A DNA stretch of 62,695 bases, counting the filler, from Squatina squatina (lineage: Eukaryota), in assembly GCA_031763465.1 (NCBI GenBank). It is 4 parts of 4 records of this genome, joined end to end, with 100 filler letters (N's around TTAATTAATTAA, not from the genome) between each part and the next. Parts side by side here need not be neighbours in the genome. Positions count along the whole stretch, not along the records: positions 30,135 to 48,532 come from JARFOE010000001.1; positions 48,633 to 62,695 come from JARFOE010000115.1; 2 more parts are not named here. One strand, written 5' to 3'. How positions within the stretch are numbered: the first letter of the stretch is position 1; each line of letters begins with the position of its first letter. The notes under the pieces were generated by a model. The model saw only the letters and a list, made by a program, of their open reading frames with translations. It did not search any database and was not told where the DNA came from. A program made the translations under genes and the position numbers. Of this stretch, positions 37,531-48,895 are shown one piece after another.

Positions 37531-38929
37531 CTTACAGTATGCATGACATCACACGCAAAGTGGACATTCCAGAAAGAGGAAATTTTGATCATCTATTTGC
37601 TAAACAAGGGTCATCCTGTGAACTCAAATGACACTGCAACCATAGTAAACAGGCTGCTATTGTCAGTTTTTTTCCCTAATTCGCTCTGACACAATGAGGT
37701 TGAATAACTAGTTCAATTAGTCCAGCTATTCGAGCACTTCGACCCCACCCTGTGTCACCATAACAACCTAAAGCAAACAATGCTATTATTTGCTGACACT
37801 GAAATAAATTTTACCAATCTCAAGCTCTTCACACATGAAGGAGAGGAGCACGGGTTCAGATTTGACAGCATTCCCCATTTAACCACTTTCTTTTTGTGTC
37901 TTTTCTGTCGATCTCAGCAAGTAAAAGGATGTGAAGTGAAATACTATTACCTCTTGCACCTCGTGTGAGAATCGAAGAATTCCTAGTCTGGTCTTGCACA
38001 GGTTAGATCCCCTTTTAGTTTGTTCTATACTAGCTTATCAATGGGCAATGTTCCCCTTGCTTTCAATACATTTTCATCAATATAACAAATGAGAGTTCCT
38101 GGCCAGTTGGTTTTCACTTTAATTTCACATTCCCTCTGTACACATACTCAACAACAACAGCTTGCATTTATATAACACCTTTTTAAGTAAAACATCCTAA
38201 GGTGNNNNNNNNNNNNNNNNNNNNNNNNNNNNNNNNNNNNNNNNNNNNNNNNNNNNNNNNNNNNNNNNNNNNNNNNNNNNNNNNNNNNNNNNNNNNNNNN
38301 NNNNACTTTCAATGACTGGTGTACCATGACACCCAGATCTCGTTGCACCTCCCCATTTCCTAATCGGCCACCATTCAGATAGTAATCTGCTTTCCTGTTC
38401 TTGCCACCAAAGTGTGGAAGCCAGGCACCCTTTCATTTAAGATATGTTCTCATTCAGGTAAATTGGCTTGTAATCAGTGATGTCACTGTGCCTTTGCTCA
38501 TGTCTAGTCTTAAAAAGTTGATTCAAGTGTGTTCACAAAAATTAAAACATATGAGAAAATGGCATTGCAGTGGATCTTGCAAATGCTAAACAACAAATCT
38601 TAATGTGCCAAGAGTCTCTGCAGCAACAATAAAATTGACAGTTTTTAAAACAATTTAAGAAATTTACAGTCAGTATTTTATTCTATTTAGGAAAAAGTAC
38701 TTTACTTTAAACCAAAAGTAGACCCTAAGGGTTCCCTTCCAAACAAGGGTAGGAATGACATTGCTTGAAATAAAACATGTATCCACTTTTACGCCCAGTG
38801 TCATCAACCTCATTTCTCTTTGGATCCTCTTAGCCAGCAGACAGACATTTTTGGCTCCTTGGTCTGGATGAGATTTGAATGCAGACTATAGAGGTGAAAG
38901 TGACAAAATCTTTGGATGAGTTATAGTGA

Positions 38930-39094
<165 letters not shown>

Positions 39095-39397
39095 TGAGTG
39101 GAGTTATGGGTAGCTGTTGTGGACATTCTTACCTTTATATTGTGGTTTAAAAAAAAATCTTCTAGTCCAATGATATTTCTATTGCTGAACATTTCTAGTA
39201 CACGTGCATGCGGCTACATAACATGAGCAACAAAACGGCTGGTTGGGTGCGTGAGTTTTATAATCAAACTGCTGTTCTATTCATGTGATGGCAGTGATCG
39301 GCAATCTAAAAAATTGAGGACAATGTTCGAAATGAAGAATAATGGAACTAAATGAAGACCTACCTTATAATTATGCCTGAAGTTATGGAAGAACACT

Positions 39398-39537
39398 GGG
39401 GGTAATTTTCAACTGGGCCATTACCTGATGGAGTGGATTGCTTTCCACTGTAGATTCCAACTGATTTTCATTCCATTGAAAATCCGATGGACTCCATAAA
39501 GGTTAGTGCCCAGGTGGCAAAATTGAAAATTACCTCC
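39398..39537. mobile_element. 140-bp MITE with 15-bp terminal inverted repeats
   Basis: GGGGGTAATTTTCAA ... TTGAAAATTACCTCC (14/15 complementary), with an internal TTCCATTGAAAATCCGATGGA core. Confidence 0.7.
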
Positions 39538-39702
39538 AGTAACCATGTCTGTGTACAGTGATAATGTCAGTATTCTGATGACAGTTGGAGTTTGATCTTG
39601 GTNNNNNNNNNNNNNNNNNNNNNNNNNNNNNNNNNNNNNNNNNNNNNNNNNNNNNNNNNNNNNNNNNNNNNNNNNNNNNNNNNNNNNNNNNNNNNNNNNN
39701 NN

Positions 39703-39862
39703 GTAGTCACTGTTATCATGCAGGTAACTGTGCCAGCCAATTTGTGCACAGCAATGAGAATAATGACCAATTAGTTTATTTTTTGGTGGAGTTGCTGAGA
39801 GATAATTGTTAGCCAAGACACTGGGAGAACAGCGAGAACGGCTCCGCTGTTCTTTAAATAGT
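39703..39862 (-). mobile_element. SacSINE1/DeuSINE-like body, antisense
   Basis: GTAGTCACTGTT...GCCAATTTGTGCACAGCAA...AATGACCA...GCCAAGACACTGGGAGAAC is the reverse complement of the SINE core and 3' part. Confidence 0.75.
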
Positions 39863-41191
39863 AACATTCAATCTTCTGCGCCAGTATTCCACTGGCCCGT
39901 AGTTGTGTATGGGAAATTATACTCTCATAAAATATGTAAGATTATACATATAGATATACAATCACCTCAAAATATCTATGTAAATGCAACCTTAAGCAAA
40001 AATAAAATGTGCTGGGGTGGAGTTTTTTAGATAATGTTTTAGGATTATGTGACAATTCAGGAGAATGCACTTCCTGTACAAAAGCAGCCAGGCTCCTGGA
40101 TCACGTGAGGTTGAATGAAGTGGGAAAGATGGCTTGGTAAATCCAGCAGTGGTGACTAGGTGATGCTAATTATCAACCCAATTATGTATTTTACAGGAAA
40201 TCTTTACGTGCTGTTTTCTTGTTTATCTTCAGGACTGTTTGCCCACAGTAACAGCCCCAGAGGGACTGCATTTTGTGCTGCTAAACAGAGCTTAACTCAA
40301 GAAGTGTTGTGCCATAAAAGATAGCTGTGAACACACTTTTTGGGAAAAAAAATATTTTAGCTGCCCACCATTCCTGAGGGTCTCGATTTGACAATATCTC
40401 AATATTGATTAATAGCTTTAGGAAAGCTCGTAATGAATATTTAGTTAATTCTTGGATTAATTACAGCTAGAGATTGATGTGTTTTTCACCTGGAACTTCC
40501 ACAGGGCTGCTCCCCATTTCCCACTGTAACATTAGCTGAAGTACAGCGTAAACCCCAGAAAAATGGTGCGAATGGCTGTTTCTGCCGTTTCTCCAGGGTT
40601 TCCATCGACCTTCTGCCAAAATTACAGCAGAGGATCAGGAGAGGTCTGGAAATGTTGTGCCCTTATCTTTATTCCTGACGTCAGGCGAATGAGACCAAAC
40701 TGGCATGTGTACTACGGCCCTACATTTAGTTCCAGGGTCTGTGTTGAATTGGAACCCGGCTAATGAACACATGTTCAGAGTGTTGTGATTGATTTAGGAC
40801 TGGGCAAGTACCAATGTCATGATGCGACCACAGTAATACACAGAATTAACATTTAACAGGCTACAAGAGGAGGTTGTTATTTTAAGATGCACAAAAATAT
40901 AGATCTCCACTTATGGCGATGGAGGCGTTTATATTTATAAATGACGTTGACAATAATGCACCTGCACATCAGTAGGAAGGTAAAGGCATCATGGAGATGA
41001 CTTAATGCTTTGTAAGTGATTCTAGTTCCCTCGATGCAGCAAGGGAAAAGAGTATGCCAGGTGCGGAGCTAGAGCTTAAGGAGAACAAGAGAGGAAATTG
41101 AAAAGGAACAATGACTACAGTAGTTTTGATAAAATAAAGAAAGAGAAGATTGTGATGGAGAGGGACGAATGATTTTCTTTCTACTCCCCAG

Positions 41192-41348
41192 AGATGAGAA
41201 GAATCAATCCATTATCGTAAGTGGGGAGTCTGGAGCTGGCAAGACCGTGTCTGCTAAGTATGCCATGCGTTATTTCGCCACTGTGGGTGGGTCAGCCAGT
41301 GAAACAAATGTTGAAGACAAGGTCCTAGCCTCAAGTCCAATTATGGAT
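41192..41348 (+). CDS. MYO5B: Myosin-Vb exon containing the P-loop (equivalent to exon 5)
   Basis: 157 nt after CCCCAG. Encodes [52 protein letters not shown], with GT at 41349. VGGSAS and LASSP are Vb-type residues as I recall them. Confidence 0.93.
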
Positions 41349-42251
41349 GTNNNNNNNNNNNNNNNNNNNNNNNNNNNNNNNNNNNNNNNNNNNNNNNNNN
41401 NNNNNNNNNNNNNNNNNNNNNNNNNNNNNNNNNNNNNNNNNNNNNNNNNNCTAATTGAATATTTATAGAAATATGGATGTTGAACATGGTAAAGCGTGTA
41501 ACTAAATAACTAATATGTGTCTTAAGCTAAATAAACCCCCCTCAATTTTGATGAAAATCTATGGTTGCTTTCAAAAGGATTAAAACGTGGCTGATAATAG
41601 CATTTGAAAATGGCTGCTCGGGCTGAGTGAGGCTATATTTCAGCCTTACGTGAAAGGAATGATTTGGATTTCATCGAAACCTTTTGGTNNNNNNNNNNAT
41701 TACAGAATCTTAACTTGGAACAATTAATAAACATAATAACCACTGCCCTATATCATAAATGAATCCAGCCATACTAAAATAATTAATTACAAGTGGTAAT
41801 TTAGAGATTAATTTTTAGGCTCATTTTCTAAAGTCCGTATCTACGCCTCTCTCGCTGCTCTCTCTCACATACACACAATTACATTAGGCATCGCTGCATG
41901 AGACGGGCATTCATGTAAAACTTTAACCTGTACAATAATATTTCTAACTCGTTTTAGTCTCTTCTCTCTCTCAGCTTTAAGAACGAGGATAAAACAGATG
42001 ATTTCATAAACAATGAAGAGCTTGTCTGCTGGGCTCTGCAGAGAACGACTGAATTATTTACAGCAATGAAAAATTGTTTCCTTTATAGTGATTATTGTGT
42101 CCATAACAGCAATAACATTAACCTCAAGGCTTTGGTACTTCCATTCATCTCCAATAATTACTTATTGCTAAAAATAAAAGTGAAGTTACACACTTGCACT
42201 ATTGCTGAAATTGTCATTTGGGGAAAACGAAACAATTACCTTTGCCAAAAG

Positions 42252-42401
42252 CAAAATGCTGGAATCTAGAATATAAACAAAATGCTGGAAAAACTCAGTG
42301 TCTGTGGAGAGAAAAACAGAGTTAACGTTTCGGGTCGGGTTCGACATGTTTTTCTCTCCACAGATGCTGCCTGACCACCTGAGTTTGTCCAGCATTTTTT
42401 G
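42252..42401. mobile_element. Inverted-repeat remnant, probably a Penelope-like element terminus
   Basis: CAAAATGCTGGAAAAACTCAG...CTGTGGAGAGAAAAACA paired with TGTTTTTCTCTCCACAG...CTGAGTTTGTCCAGCATTTT. A common shark repeat; the family call is from recall. Confidence 0.6.
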
Positions 42402-43384
42402 TTAATTACCTTTTGCCATGCATTGCATTTTGAAGCTGGTTGTAATGCATGCGAAATTACCGGCGAAACTGAATTCTCAAAGTGAGCAAACCAATCATTT
42501 CAATTAAATCCAAAGAACTATGTGGAAATGAATCAATCCACTGACTTGTACCTATCTAAACCTTCATGTTTAATTAATTCGTTCCTAGAAATAAAACAAT
42601 TAATCAGTTACAAATTGATGATATGTTAGGATTAAATATAAATCATTCAGCTTCAAGTATTCATTGATTATTTAAAACATGTGTCAACTCTACTTGTTTA
42701 ATGCTCTTAATAATGTTTCAAATTGAGTCGTATTAATTGAAGCCATCGCGTTGGTGTATGCAAGGGTTCTCTCCCTTATCTGAAACAGGTTTAATACCAA
42801 ATGTGAATTAAACTGTTCACCATAAGTAATACAGGTTGGCATGATTGACATTCAATCTGAGCGTGAAATTGCACAGTTGAATTCAGTTCCATTACATCTC
42901 TGAGAGTCTTCTTGCACTCGGTGTGACTTTAAAGCAGTGATACTTTCATGAAAGTGTGTGTTAAAGGTTGGGGTGTGGCAGTTGATCTCAGTATTCTTAG
43001 GCTAGGGAGGGAAAAATATCAGCAAGAGTTTCCGCTCCTGGTCGCTATCCATTGACTGCTGTTGATGTCAGGCAAGGAAATGATGAGACTTAAACATGAT
43101 GTGTACCATGAATGAATAGCCTGCTCGCACTCACTTGTCTAGATTTACCAATGAAGAATGGTCACTTGGGTGAGGATTGCGGTATCTGAGGTACCGTATA
43201 AACCAAAGCCCTACATGGGGGTGCATGGTGAAGGGGCGAGGGGAGAATGAAAGTGTGTTTGTTAAAAGTTGGAAGATTTGCCACGTGAGAGCAGTTGAGT
43301 TCAAACATCTTTTGTTTTTGGAATTTCACGTGGAAAATTCCAGTTAAGAACAGTGTGGCCAACAGGTATTGTTTCGACTTTAGA

Positions 43385-43487
43385 ATCTTCTTAGGCAGTC
43401 CCTCGGGTTCGAGGATGAGTCAGTGGGGATGTTTCATTTTTTCAATGAGGCTTTGAGGACGTCCTTGTAACGTTTCCTCGGAGGCAT
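43385..43487 (-). mobile_element. RTE-like LINE 3' fragment
   Basis: Minus strand encodes PRKRYKDVLKASLKK (RTE C-terminal RKRFKDxLKxSLK), followed by the tail CATCCTCGAACCCGAGGGACTGCCTAAGAAGA. Confidence 0.7.
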
Positions 43488-43609
43488 TTGCCATGACTTT
43501 AGAATACAGTTTAAATGGAACAACCTTGTGTTTGGAGTTTGGGAAATTGTTGATTTAAAGATTTTTGTATATTTGTAACTGCAGATGTTAATGCATTTCT
43601 TTCCTTCAG

Positions 43610-43719
43610 GTGTAAAGGACGCACACCAGATGAACATTTATAGAGTAATAGCTTCAATTCTCCACCTGGGAAATGTAGAGATCATGTCTGAAAGAGATGC
43701 AGACACGTGCAGTGTTGCT
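43610..43719 (+). CDS. MYO5B: Myosin-Vb exon (equivalent to exon 9)
   Basis: 110 nt, TTCAG/GTAAGT. Encodes [37 protein letters not shown]. Confidence 0.92.
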
Positions 43720-44302
43720 GTAAGTCATACGCAGTGCCTTTACTTGAAATAAAACCTACACGCTGGTTTGGTTAGTGACTGTACCGCAAACGTTAGTATT
43801 TCATCGGNNNNNNNNNNNNNNNNNNNNNNNNNNNNNNNNNNNNNNNNNNNNNNNNNNNNNNNNNNNNNNNNNNNNNNNNNNNNNNNNNNNNNNNNNNNNN
43901 NNNNNNNCAGACGCCCTTAAGAGGCCCACCTGTTGCTGCAACCAGCCGCGCTGCAGCCACCTCCGTGGGACACAAAGGGCATTGCGGCTGCGCGGTGCGG
44001 GTCGGCACCGGTTTTGATGACGTCACACGCTGAACTGGCGCAAAATTTCGCTGGGCAGATGCAAAGGCCTTTGCGCCCCAGCTGAATTTCCTGGGAGGTG
44101 AGATGGCCGCCTCCGGATGCCTTTTTTTTTAAACTCGCAGGCCAAAGTCCAATGTTTCGACCAAGGATTCCATTTTATTTTTATAGCCTCCTAATGTCCA
44201 AGTCACCAGTTAAGTGAGTAAAAGGGCTCGGAGAAATTGAATAGACTGAATGTGATTGTGGTGTGCTTCAAACATGTCACTTGTTGATTTCTGTGCTTTC
44301 AG

Positions 44303-44568
44303 AAAAAAGATGAGCACTTGAACTACTTCTGTGATTTACTGGGAGTTGAGCACGATCAGATGGAACACTGGCTGTGTCATCGCAAGCTGGTCACGACGTC
44401 CGAGACCTATGTCAAGACCATGGCCAGGCAGCATGCCATCAATGCCAGAAATGCACTGGCCAAGCACATCTATGCCCAGCTCTTCAAATGGATTGTGGAT
44501 CACATCAACAAAGCACTGTACACAACCAGCAAACAGCACTCATTTATTGGAGTACTGGATATTTACGG
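44303..44568 (+). CDS. MYO5B: Myosin-Vb exon 10-equivalent, copy A (CM loop, helix O, switch II)
   Basis: 266 nt, TTTCAG/GTACAG. Encodes [89 protein letters not shown], very close to mammalian MYO5B. Confidence 0.93.
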
Positions 44569-46191
44569 GTACAGAATGGAGTAGGGTTTACACAACTTTG
44601 TGCAAAGTATAACTACAGCTGCCTTTTCAAACTGGGACCCTTAGTGGTGGTTGCCCAATTTATTTTTAAAAAAAATAGCAAATGTGTCAAAATAAGTTTT
44701 TTTTTCAAAAAAGAAACAGTTATTTGTGTGTGGATTTTGTGCCCATCAAGGTGAGGGACAGTGGGCTGGGAATGGAACACTTTTTCATGTTGGGTACCCA
44801 CATTCAAGCACTTTGAGGTAAGCGTACGGCATGGTTAGCTGCAGAAGTAGGTCCCTCTGCTCTGCTCCAACAATAGGCTAAAGTCCAATTTCAGAGAGCA
44901 CCACCTGCTGCACCAGTGCCACACTTATCACTTCCCTCTCTGAGTAACATTTCCAATTTGGTGCCAGTTTTGTGCTCCAGGCCTGTGCCCACTAGAAACA
45001 GAATTGAGACTGTTGAAAACCCATTTCATATATGCCTTTTAAATACAGACGGAGAAGACGTTTATCCCATCCGTCAGATTCAGACCCGAATCCCAGAGGT
45101 TGAAATGACCGCCTAAACCAGTACATTCCTCTTGGTCCAATCCCTCCTCTCCCTGGATATTCTCAAGTGGCCGTTCTTCTGGACAGTGGGTGGGCTATTT
45201 GGAAATCACAGTCCAGTCTGAACTTGACATAGCCCAGATTTTGCGATCGGAGGCTTCCTGTGTGCGGAGGCCTCGAGACGCAAAAATGTCTAAGACCTTA
45301 CCTGACAGTCCTGGATTCACGTGAGTTTCCATTTTCTGCCCCCGCAGTTGTGCATGGGCAGCGCGGCTCTGTTCTTTCCTGTGTTAGTCCTGCGGAGTGA
45401 CTGGAGAGGTCACGTGGGAGGCCCCAACCAATCAGGTAGGAGTATCTCTCATTCAAACTTTGACAGATATGACAGGTCTGTCAAAGCTTGNNNNNNNNNN
45501 NNNNNNNNNNNNNNNNNNAAAAAATGATTGTAACATTAAAATTTAATAAAAATGAGATAAATAATACAAACATTAAAAAATTTAAAAATGTTTAAAAACA
45601 TACTTGCCTTAATGGGAATGGTTTTAAAAATAATATACCATTAATTTTTTTTATTTTAACATTTTTAAAAACTCTTACGCTGGTAAAACCAAGCATATAC
45701 ACTTGGTTTTACCGTGCATTAAAAAAGTTAGAGATTTCCAGGCGTGGAGAANNNNNNNNNNNNNNNNNNNNNNNNNNNNNNNNNNNNNNNNNNNNNNNNN
45801 NNNNNNNNNNNNNNNNNNNNNNNNNNNNNNNNNNNNNNNNNNNNNNNNNNNACAGGCAAAATACCCATGAGTTGCAAAAATGCAATGCTATTCACAAGAC
45901 ATTCATCACTGTTTGTCAAACTCTTTTTAAATGCATTCTGCTTTAACGGCAACGTGATTTGTAATATGCACCTCACAGATTGAGAGCTCCTTTATCCATT
46001 TCTTTAATGAAATGCTTTGTGGAAATAGCAAATTTGGAAAAGGATGGAAAACCAAATTGGGTTGGGAGTATGTTCTGAAGATGGATTTCTCCCACACTTG
46101 ACTGAAATGAATTTACACTCGCTAATATTTGTTGTCGTTTATGAAAGAGATGTGACCTGAATTTACGTGTTTTTTTTGTGATGGTCTGCAG

Positions 46192-46457
46192 TCAAATGAT
46201 AAACATCTCGAGCTATTCTGCAAGTTACTGGGACTGGAGAGAAAACAGTTGGCGCATTGGCTTTGTCACCGCAAGCTTGTAACACTGAATGAAACCTACA
46301 TCAAATCAATGACCATAAAACAGGCCACTCATTCCAGGGATGCTCTTGCAAAGCACATTTATGCACAGCTATTTAACTGGATTGTGAATCAAATCAATAA
46401 AGCTCTACGATCCTCTTCAAAGCAGCATGCCTTTATTGGTGTGTTAGATATTTATGG
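46192..46457 (+). CDS. Class V myosin exon 10-equivalent, copy B (alternative exon or paralog)
   Basis: 266 nt, CTGCAG/GTAAGA, no stops. Encodes [89 protein letters not shown]. Confidence 0.9.
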
Positions 46458-46541
46458 GTAAGAATGACGAGCTTTCTGCTGACCAAGTATTTTTTAAAAA
46501 CTGATCATAGTTGTAATTTAAACTTTTTAAATCATCTTTAG

Positions 46542-46623
46542 GTTTGAAACTTTTGAAAACAACAGTTTTGAACAGTTTTGCATCAACTATGCCAATGAAA
46601 AATTGCAGCAGCAATTTAACCTG
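46542..46623 (+). CDS. Class V myosin exon 11-equivalent (end of switch II, relay helix)
   Basis: 82 nt, TTTAG/GTGAGC. Encodes [27 protein letters not shown]. Paralog identity is uncertain. Confidence 0.92.
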
Positions 46624-46842
46624 GTGAGCTCACTGAACTGTGCATGCGCACATGTACGCGAACATTTTTACTGATGGTGACATTCAATTCTAAGTGCATC
46701 AAATTTACCTGGTGTTTGTATTTACCTTGACTCTAAAGACCCCTTTAAATAGTGACCGAACAAATGGAGATTCCCAGTAATGGGCATTTTTTGAATGTAA
46801 CCTTAGTGTCACTGTTTGTCGTATGCTTTCAATGTTTTTCAG

Positions 46843-46983
46843 CATGTCTTCAAACTGGAGCAGGAGGAATACATGAAGGAACAAATACCATGGACTCTCA
46901 TTGACTTCTCTGACAATCAACCTTGCATTGACCTTATTGAGGCTAAATTGGGCATCTTAGACCTGTTAGATGAAGAATGCAAG
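46843..46983 (+). CDS. Class V myosin exon 12-equivalent
   Basis: 141 nt, TTTTCAG/GTAAAG. Encodes [47 protein letters not shown]. Confidence 0.92.
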
Positions 46984-48532
46984 GTAAAGACAGATAATGA
47001 GTTTCCCCTCTGATTTTATAATAAGAGTGCATGAGTTTCTCATCTTGGGAGGCTGTGATAGGAAGTGAGAGTAAAAAAATCAGCATGTATTTAGGCAGGC
47101 AGGTTGGATTGTGGGACCGAAAGGAGAGTAACTGTTGTATATTCAACTGGAAACCAATTAAATATAACCATGATGGGATTTTGCTGAAACATTTTGGGAA
47201 ATTTAGATTTTTTTTTGGAAGTCTTAAACCTGTTGAGTGACCGACACAGCATATTGGAGCACCAAATGGGTGGGACATTGATGTGTGTCCTCAATCACTT
47301 TCACTGCTGAGTTCACAGTCTCAACTGTAAGGGACTGCCAAACCGAGAGGCCAGGAGCTCATCAACACCTAGGAAGGGAAAGTCACTCATGAGGCAATCT
47401 TAAGCATTTCCTTCATGGCTGGTTACAGATTTCATTGTTGGAGGCCTGGGAGCCGAGCGCCCAGCCTCTCTGCCATGGCTGGAAANNNNNNNNNNNNNNN
47501 NNNNNNNNNNNNNNNNNNNNNNNNNNNNNNNNNNNNNNNNNNNNNNNNNNNNNNNNNNNNNNNNNNNNNNNNNNNNNNNNNNNNNTAGTCAAAAAAGGGG
47601 ATGCTGAGCCAAAAGAAGGAGATATTATGAAAAGTGGTCACTGCGCTCATCTTAACGGTGGAAAGGCAGAGGGGTGGGAGACACTGGAGCATTGCACCCT
47701 ATGTGTTGTACTATAGAGGTTGTTCCACACTAAGACCAAATGTAACTTGGAAAATATGGGAGCTAAAATTTAAATTCTTACATCTGAACCTTATAACCTT
47801 ATATTAAGGCAAAACGTCGTCTGTTGAAATTTCTGCATACAATTTCTTTCCTGGAATTTTGAGGAGAGAAATTCATAACTCTTGCTGTCTCCTTCAAGAA
47901 GCAAGGAAGGATTAAATGTAATTCTGGACTTATTGCAAGAGCATGCAGTGGACTATGATCCCACAGTAAAATTTCATAACCTGGAAAAATAATGAAGCGA
48001 TGCATCAAATGAAGTTTTACAGCAGTTTTTTCATATAAGTAGTGCCAGAAATTAATGATAACACAAAGCTTTGGGATCCATGCAAAGTTACCCCTTCCCC
48101 TTGTTTGGCTCATGCTGATTTCATTTTGAAAAGAAAAACAATCAATGTTTCTTCTGCACGTTGGAGACTTGTACAGGTTTTACTCTAGATGAAGCAGGTA
48201 GCTAATGTAGAGCTGTCAGTGCTATTAGAAGCAATAAAAGTGTAATTGGTTCTATTTGGATTGATCATGGTTGGAACTCGCGCTGCAGAGGTATGCAGCA
48301 TTTTCAGCTTTGCGTCTGCATTAAGTACTGGGCAAATGGATGCAGTCGACTTTAGACCCAGAGCTAGGCTCCTCTCTTTAAATCTCCCAAGCAGCACTCT
48401 TCCTGCACAAGTTTGACTTTTCTATTTCATGCACTCAAAGGAAAATCTTCAACTTGCTTTATTGGTTATCCATGGGATTTTGGTTATCCATGCCTTTGTT
48501 ACCTCTGGACTTGACTATTCCAAAGCACTCCT

Positions 48533-48632
48533 NNNNNNNNNNNNNNNNNNNNNNNNNNNNNNNNNNNNNNNNNNNNTTAATTAATTAANNNNNNNNNNNN
48601 NNNNNNNNNNNNNNNNNNNNNNNNNNNNNNNN
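48533..48632. other. Artificial scaffold-joining linker
   Basis: 44 N + TTAATTAATTAA (48577-48588) + 44 N. Confidence 0.97.
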
Positions 48633-48895
48633 ATGGGAACAAAAATATGTTAGCGAGCTCGGACGAGGAAAAGACTCCATCTCAAACGCCGGATCACACT
48701 TCGAGCAGCCCGGCACTGCTGTTGGGATCCCTGGGCCAGAGCTCCAACACCAGCCTGCAGCCACTGCACACCCTGGCCGCGCCCCCGGGTCCTAGCGCCG
48801 TGGCAGTACCCACCTCAGATGTTATACACCACCATGCATTACAGGACTCCATGCTCAACCCCATGTCATCCAATTTAGTTGACCTTGGCTCGTAA
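48633..48895 (+). CDS. SIX2: Homeobox protein SIX2, 3' part of the last coding exon (5'-partial)
   Basis: [30 protein letters not shown]...[10 protein letters not shown]...[22 protein letters not shown], matching the SIX2 C-terminus ([23 protein letters not shown]...PPGPSAV...LQDSILNPMSANLVDLGS). Stop TAA at 48893-48895. Confidence 0.93.
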
